A stretch of 64,000 nucleotides of DNA from Alphaproteobacteria bacterium (GTDB lineage Bacteria; Pseudomonadota; Alphaproteobacteria; UBA2966), in the NCBI GenBank assembly GCA_964291395.2, contig OZ219856.1, positions 2,048,001 to 2,112,000 on the forward strand, given 5' to 3'. Made by a program: the position numbers and the translations under genes. Below the pieces are notes generated by a model. The model was not told the DNA's origin. It worked only from the letters and a program-made list of their open reading frames with translations, and did not search any database. Shown in pieces: positions 61,842 to 64,000 of this stretch (position 1 is the first letter of the stretch; every line of letters starts with the position of its first letter).

Positions 61842-62171
61842 CTATCCGGCAATACCGAGGAATACGAGGATGGCTCGATCGACCTGGCGCATATCCGAAG
61901 TCGAGAGAACTCCGATGCGTCGCCTCAGGCGAGCCCGACGGACGGTCGTGATCTTATCGACCATGACGCGGCAGACCTCATCGAGATCGTTCTCGGCGCT
62001 CGGGGAGAGCGCCACGCGAAACAGTGGGGCATCAGTCGGATCTCTGGTCAATGCACAGACCGTGACAGAGCTTGAATACTCAAAGCGGTCGTCCTGAACG
62101 ATCACGACGGGTCGCGGCTTGCCGGTGTAATCGCCACCGCCTGCGGCGGTCCACAGCTCCCCCCGTTTCAC
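61842..62171 (-). CDS. PemK/MazF-family toxin
   Basis: MKRGELW, GKPRPVVIVQDD, VMVDKITTV, IGVLS...VDRAILVFLG. Confidence 0.92.
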   Translation of the reverse strand: MKRGELWTAAGGGDYTGKPRPVVIVQDDRFEYSSSVTVCALTRDPTDAPLFRVALSPSAENDLDEVCRVMVDKITTVRRARLRRRIGVLSTSDMRQVDRAILVFLGIAG

Positions 62172-62395
62172 CCGGCGTCGGTCTCACCGATGGCATCGAC
62201 AAAGGCCTGATCGTCTTCGGCGTAATCGCTGCCGGCCACCAACAGGGATTGTCTGCGGGCTTCGGCCGGGAAGCCCGGCGTTCGGGTATCGGGCACCCAT
62301 ACCTGCACTGGCCGCAGCCCCTGCTCACGCAGCTTGGCGCGATACCGGCGAACCCTGCCGCGAGTGGGCTCCGGACTCCCAGGGGCGCTCTTCAT
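62168..62395 (-). CDS. Antitoxin, DUF3018 (MazE-like)
   Basis: RVRRYRAKLREQGLRPVQVWVPDTRTPGFxAEARRQS. GTGA overlap with the toxin. Confidence 0.9.
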   Translation of the reverse strand: MKSAPGSPEPTRGRVRRYRAKLREQGLRPVQVWVPDTRTPGFPAEARRQSLLVAGSDYAEDDQAFVDAIGETDAG

Positions 62396-62412
62396 GTCGC
62401 ATCCCTTATCTT

Positions 62413-62424
62413 GTTACATGTAAC
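62413..62424. promoter_or_regulatory. Toxin-antitoxin autoregulatory operator (perfect palindrome)
   Basis: GTTACATGTAAC, 17 nt upstream of the antitoxin ATG. Confidence 0.7.
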
Positions 62425-62515
62425 CTAGAGCCGTTCGCGCTGAAACGCAAGATGAGCGCCGGCGCCTCGCTGCAAGGCCAAAGCTTCCCGGCTACCGGAT
62501 AATGTGCGGGGCATC

Positions 62516-62543
62516 TTGCGCACCCGGAATTCGCGCGTATGGT
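62516..62543 (+). promoter_or_regulatory. Sigma70 promoter of cspA, implying a 5' UTR of about 140 nt
   Basis: TTGCGC-N16-TATGGT. Confidence 0.5.
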
Positions 62544-62689
62544 TCGCCCCGCGTTACCAAGTCGTTGTTGCTTAACCGATTGCCCGCGCGAACGGGCGGC
62601 CAGGTTTCTTCCCCGACGTTGTGAACGTTCTTCAAGGGGCGCCGCATGAGGCGGCGCCTCCTCGCCCAACTGTCGCGAAAGGAAATGGA

Positions 62690-62899
62690 ATGGCTACAGG
62701 TACAGTCAAATGGTTCAACCCTCAAAAGGGCTACGGGTTCATCGAGCCCGAGGATGGCTCCCGGGACGTGTTCGTCCATATCAGCGCCGTCGAGAGGGCT
62801 GGCCTTGGCACCCTGAACGAAGGTCAGAAGGTGTCCTTCGAGGTCGTGCCCGGCCGGGACGGCAAGTCGTCCGCCGAGAACCTCGCTGTCGTCGGATGA
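62690..62899 (+). CDS. cspA: Cold-shock protein
   Basis: [16 protein letters not shown] (RNP1), DVFVHISA (RNP2). AAGGAA RBS. Confidence 0.96.
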   Translation: MATGTVKWFNPQKGYGFIEPEDGSRDVFVHISAVERAGLGTLNEGQKVSFEVVPGRDGKSSAENLAVVG

Positions 62900-62907
62900 C
62901 ACCATGA

Positions 62908-62930
62908 CGGGGCGGCCGGCGGCCGCCCCG
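62908..62930 (+). terminator. 10-bp GC stem hairpin after cspA
   Basis: CGGGGCGGCC-ggc-GGCCGCCCCG between convergent genes; no U-tract. Confidence 0.5.
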
Positions 62931-63086
62931 CCCGCACCGAGGCGACGACCAGCAGATAGAGCGCCGCCGTCCCCGGACCCACCGTCAGCTCCTGCCCGCT
63001 GTGGCCGATCCTCTTGCCGCCCCATGGTTTCGGAATGGGCCGCGCCGGTGACGGAGGGCGCCTGAATATCGATTAAAGGACGTCGA

Positions 63087-63644
63087 TCAACCTGGTGGAG
63101 GCAGGGCTGGTGTGGCGCCGTCCGGCAGGGGCACGCGGTGCGCATTCAGCGTCATCGTGATCATCGTGTAATAGCCGATGAGTGCCGTGAGTTCGACGAT
63201 TCCGGTGGTGCCCAGTTCGTCCCAGGCCGCTTGATAAGTTTCGTCACCGACGTGCCGGTATTCCAGCAATTCACGGGTGTAGGCATAGACCGCCGCATCA
63301 TCCGAAGCGGTTAGCACGGGTTCATTGCCCTCCCGGATGGCATCGATGATGCCGGTCTCGAGACCACAGCCGCGGGCGTATCGGTCGTGATGGTGCCACG
63401 CATAGGCGCTGCTCCAGTGTTTGGCGGTCGTGAGCACGGAGAGCTCGACCAACCGGGTCGAAAGACTGGAGTGGTGTCTGTGGAACGCACCGAGCCTCTG
63501 GGCGTGATCCGCCACGACCGGGCTGTGCAGCAGGGCCATGAACAGGTCAAGCACATGTCCGCGGCGGCTTTCCTTGATTTCCTCGTAAACGCGCCGCTGC
63601 GCATCGTCGAGCTCGGATTCTTGCAATATCGGAATGCGATCCAC
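63087..63644 (-). CDS. Carboxymuconolactone decarboxylase/AhpD-like family protein
   Basis: LLHSP, ELSVLTTA, YAWHHH, GIVELTALIGYY. GGAGG RBS before GTG. Confidence 0.82.
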   Translation of the reverse strand: MDRIPILQESELDDAQRRVYEEIKESRRGHVLDLFMALLHSPVVADHAQRLGAFHRHHSSLSTRLVELSVLTTAKHWSSAYAWHHHDRYARGCGLETGIIDAIREGNEPVLTASDDAAVYAYTRELLEYRHVGDETYQAAWDELGTTGIVELTALIGYYTMITMTLNAHRVPLPDGATPALPPPG

Positions 63645-64000
63645 TGACCTAGTCCTCCAACTATGGTTTTACGTTTCGCCTCGTTACGTATCGATTCTCG
63701 TGCCGGCCGTCGTAATCCTCGGTTTCGACGTCAATTATGTGTGTGCGCGCGAACAGGGACGGCGTTCGATGGGCTCCAACGACACAACTTACGCCGCCTT
63801 ATCGGAGGTCGACAGCCCGGTCGGACACTGCGACGCATGTGTGTCCCGTAAATCTCGAGGTGTACAGGAAGCCGCAGGCTTCCGGCACGTTCGTGTACAT
63901 CGCTGACTTATTCACACAGGCCGGGTCGTTTGTTGGACGGTCTGCCGCTCGCTTAGGGTGTCATTTCGCCCTTTTCCGCAACTGACCCCTTTGAGCGCAC

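Noticed and set aside
63650-64000. Short ORFs at the right edge
   Set aside because: No recognisable motifs or RBS; most likely the upstream region of the CMD gene.

Overview
High-GC (roughly 60-65% by eye) chromosomal segment of an alphaproteobacterium. Its gene order is Rhodospirillales-like (inference). Most of the window is core genome: gmk-yicC-mltG-fabF-acpP-fabG-fabD, rpsF-rpsR-DUF2232-rplI-cfa-dnaB-alr-radA-cvpA-purF-SDR, der-bamB-yfgM, guaA-rsmB-guaB-rlmE-ppx-tRNA-Gln, and pssA-psd-atm1-lysM. Three accessory blocks interrupt it. (1) At 3.6-12 kb is a catabolic cluster. It holds a TauD-family dioxygenase, two tandem enolase-superfamily paralogues (one has lost a catalytic Lys), an SDR and an amidase. 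These face an operon of an iron-containing alcohol dehydrogenase plus a three-subunit cobalt nitrile-hydratase-family enzyme in scnB-scnA-scnC order, which carries the thiocyanate-hydrolase-type CTLCSCYPR Arg. This is the best candidate for an uncharacterised system. (2) At 42-56 kb, downstream of tRNA-Gln, are an inositol-1-phosphate synthase, a decayed inositol-phosphate cytidylyltransferase-like pseudogene, a GT4, an MMPL transporter, a PuuE-like deacetylase pair, a PadR-RND efflux operon and an RpoH-family sigma factor with an RpoH-type promoter. (3) At about 62 kb is a PemK/DUF3018 toxin-antitoxin module with a perfect palindromic operator. Decay scars (PIN toxin fragment, probable mlaE stub) and several short regulatory repeats are also visible. 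I found no CRISPR array, rRNA, integrase or transposase. All calls come from reading motifs by eye, without database searches.
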